A stretch of 64,000 bases of DNA from a virus. Shown here piece after piece: positions 61,930 to 64,000 of the stretch (position 1 is its first letter; each line of letters begins with the position of its first letter). A program made the translations under genes and the position numbers. Where the stretch lies: the IMG/VR virus record IMGVR_UViG_3300047471_000729, positions 28,967 through 92,966 of that record; one strand, 5' to 3'. The notes beneath the pieces were generated by a model, which ran no database searches, was not told the origin of the DNA, and worked only from the letters and a program-made list of their open reading frames with translations.

Positions 61930-63678
61930 ATGGGTCCACAAACTGAATCTGCTGATCGTCTTCATGCAATGAAGTATCGATCACCCGGTGAAGACTTTCG
62001 TGAGTCAATGAATCGAGTGGCCTTTGGTCTAAAGGACTCGGATAACCACTATCATCAGTTTAGAGAGGTTATCCTAGACCAGCGTTTCCTCACCGGTGGC
62101 AGGATTCAGTCCGCTGTGGGCTCCTCCAAGCACGTTACTGCTCATAACTGTTACGTGTCAGGGACTATAGCTGACTCCTATGTTGAAGGACCGGGCTCTA
62201 TTATGCACCGGGCGCATGAAGCGGCAGCAACGATGCGCATGGGAGGTGGGATTGGCTACGACTTTTCAACTCTACGTCCAAGAGGAGAATTGGTTGCTAA
62301 GTTGCAATCTCAGTCTTCTGGACCTGTCTCCTTTATGCACATTTATGACGCTGTATGTCTTGCCACTGCGTCCTCCGGGCACCGGAGAGGCGCTCAAATG
62401 GGAATCCTACGGATCGATCATCCCGACATCGAAGAATTCATTCATGCTAAAAATAATCGTGATAAGTTGGTGGGATTCAATATTAGCGTGGCAGTAACTG
62501 ATGAGTTTATGGAAGCGGTAGCAAAGGGTAGTGAGTTTGCGCTGCGCTGGGGTGGTAAAGTTTATCGGTACGTGGATGCGCAGGAACTGTGGGAAAACCT
62601 GATGCGGTCTACCTGGGATTGGGGTGAGCCCGGTGTAGTCTTTATCGATACAATCAACCGCATGAACAACCTGTACTACTGCGAGATCATTGCTGCCACT
62701 AATCCTTGTAGTGAACAACCCTTGCCACCCTTTGGTGCTTGTCTGCTTGGATCGTTCAACCTTGTCAAGTATCTGTCTCGGCAGCCACTAAGGTTGATGA
62801 ACTCACTTGATACTCTCCCGTCACCATGGTCATTTGATTCTGATAGGTTAAGGGCGGATGTCCCACCTGTGGTTAGGGCACTGGATAATGTTGTTGATAA
62901 GACTCGTTATCCCTTGGCAGAGCAACGTGGGGAGGCTATCACCAAGCGCAGGATGGGGATTGGGATTACAGGACTTGCCAATGCTGGTGAGGCACTGGGG
63001 TTCCCCTATGGGTCTGAAGCGTTTTGCTACTTTGAATCTGCTGTCTTGGAGACTATTGAAGAGGCAGCTTACTTGGCAAGTGCGGATCTTGCTGAGGAAA
63101 AGGGTGCATTCCCATTGTTTGATGCGGAGCGTTATCTTGAAGGTGAGCACGTTAAGCGTCTATCGGAAGAAGTTCAGTATGCCATCAGAAAGAAGGGAAT
63201 CCGCAATTCGCATCTGACCTCTATTGCACCCACAGGCACAATCTCGCTTTGCGCTGACAATGTAAGCTCTGCCCTGGAGCCTGTATTTGCCTATCGGCAA
63301 GAGCGTCCGATCAATACACCCACCGGTGCAATGATCGACGTGCTTGATGACTATGGGGCTAAGTTCTTGCAGGTGAGGGGAAAGCTGGCTGCAGATGTTA
63401 CCGCAGATGAGCATCTCAAAGTCCTGTTGGCGGCACAACCACACTTAGACTCTGCTGCTTCCAAGACAGTGAATATGGATGGTCGAAAGATGCCTTGGGC
63501 GGACTTTAAGGCGATCTATCAAACAGTGTGGGAGAATGGTGGTAAGGGCTGCGCCACATTTAACAGCGCTGGTAAGCGGGGCAGCCTGCTTAGTGATGCA
63601 GAGCGCGAGGACCCACCGGTATACGAAGGGGATTCGTGCGAGGTGGACCCACTAACTGGAAGGCGTAGTTGTGAGTAA
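61930..63678 (+). CDS. nrdJ: Class II (adenosylcobalamin-dependent) ribonucleotide reductase
   Basis: GGRI, NCYV, GGGIGYDFS.LRP, RRGAQM, GEPG, TNPCSEQPL, APTGTIS; C-terminal Cys pair; no ATP cone and no adjacent nrdB. Confidence 0.85.
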   Translation: MGPQTESADRLHAMKYRSPGEDFRESMNRVAFGLKDSDNHYHQFREVILDQRFLTGGRIQSAVGSSKHVTAHNCYVSGTIADSYVEGPGSIMHRAHEAAATMRMGGGIGYDFSTLRPRGELVAKLQSQSSGPVSFMHIYDAVCLATASSGHRRGAQMGILRIDHPDIEEFIHAKNNRDKLVGFNISVAVTDEFMEAVAKGSEFALRWGGKVYRYVDAQELWENLMRSTWDWGEPGVVFIDTINRMNNLYYCEIIAATNPCSEQPLPPFGACLLGSFNLVKYLSRQPLRLMNSLDTLPSPWSFDSDRLRADVPPVVRALDNVVDKTRYPLAEQRGEAITKRRMGIGITGLANAGEALGFPYGSEAFCYFESAVLETIEEAAYLASADLAEEKGAFPLFDAERYLEGEHVKRLSEEVQYAIRKKGIRNSHLTSIAPTGTISLCADNVSSALEPVFAYRQERPINTPTGAMIDVLDDYGAKFLQVRGKLAADVTADEHLKVLLAAQPHLDSAASKTVNMDGRKMPWADFKAIYQTVWENGGKGCATFNSAGKRGSLLSDAEREDPPVYEGDSCEVDPLTGRRSCE

Positions 63679-63964
63679 CCGATCCAATCGCAACCGAACG
63701 GCGCGCGCGGAGCGGATCGTCGACGTTGTGCTCGCCGAATTTGGGCAAGCGGTGATCCGCAAAATATCGATGCGCGACGCGATGGTGGCAGCATGTGCCG
63801 CCGCTTTGATCGATAGGGAGGGCCATCAAACGCCCTGCTTGTCGGCGCTCGCCAGCGGCGACGCGTGCCAGCCAGACGAGACGTTAAAGCGTTGCGCGAT
63901 CTGCGGCTTTGTCGTCGATACGAAATTCGCCGCTGAAAAGCCGACTGTGAGGATGCGGCCATGA
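63671..63964 (+). CDS. Hypothetical protein
   Basis: Overlaps the RNR stop; GC-rich; CAIC motif. Confidence 0.45.
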   Translation: MSNRSNRNRTARAERIVDVVLAEFGQAVIRKISMRDAMVAACAAALIDREGHQTPCLSALASGDACQPDETLKRCAICGFVVDTKFAAEKPTVRMRP

Positions 63965-64000
63965 CCAGCACGGTTGTTCATGCGAACGATTTGGATCGGG

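Noticed and set aside
61930-63678. Class I RNR alpha subunit (nrdA)
   Set aside because: No ATP cone, no C-terminal tyrosine pair and no adjacent nrdB in view; class II fits better.
1-64000. Prophage boundaries, integrase or tRNA genes
   Set aside because: None recognised; the whole window reads as phage genes, so lifestyle cannot be determined here.

Overview
64 kb internal segment of a tailed dsDNA phage with a contractile-tail-type baseplate. The host is probably an alphaproteobacterium, inferred from an OpgC-family gene, PEP-CTERM genes and the promoter style. No integrase, tRNA or CRISPR array was seen. Layout: (1) 1-12.6 kb (+): three mosaic tail fibres with peptidase-S74 chaperones, plus baseplate genes. 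(2) 12.8-21 kb (-): early/accessory region with two PEP-CTERM surface proteins behind an intact sigma54 promoter, IHF-like site and enhancer, an XRE regulator, an amidoligase/GGCT pair and two structured intergenic RNA candidates. (3) 21-37 kb: SNF2 helicase, sigma-like protein, primase, OpgC, three ParB-like genes, a candidate ncRNA and origin, and DnaB. (4) 37-64 kb (+): an expanded 7-deazaguanine DNA-modification locus (folE, SDR, radical SAM, methyltransferase, shortened queC, HiPIP/pyrophosphatase-like fusion, PIG-L deacetylase, glycosyltransferase, DpdA/TGT-like, then queD, queE and a phosphoribosyltransferase further on). It is interleaved with a replisome: beta-clamp, split UDG-exonuclease/PolA, clamp loader, UvsY, SSB, RecA, resolvase, SbcCD and class II RNR. 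Top candidates for an undescribed system: a probably glycosylated or otherwise hypermodified deazaguanine pathway, and a phage-borne PEP-CTERM module wired into the host sigma54 regulon. A TTGC-N8-GCAA palindrome marks at least 13 intergenic sites. All calls come from reading motifs by eye; no database searches were run.
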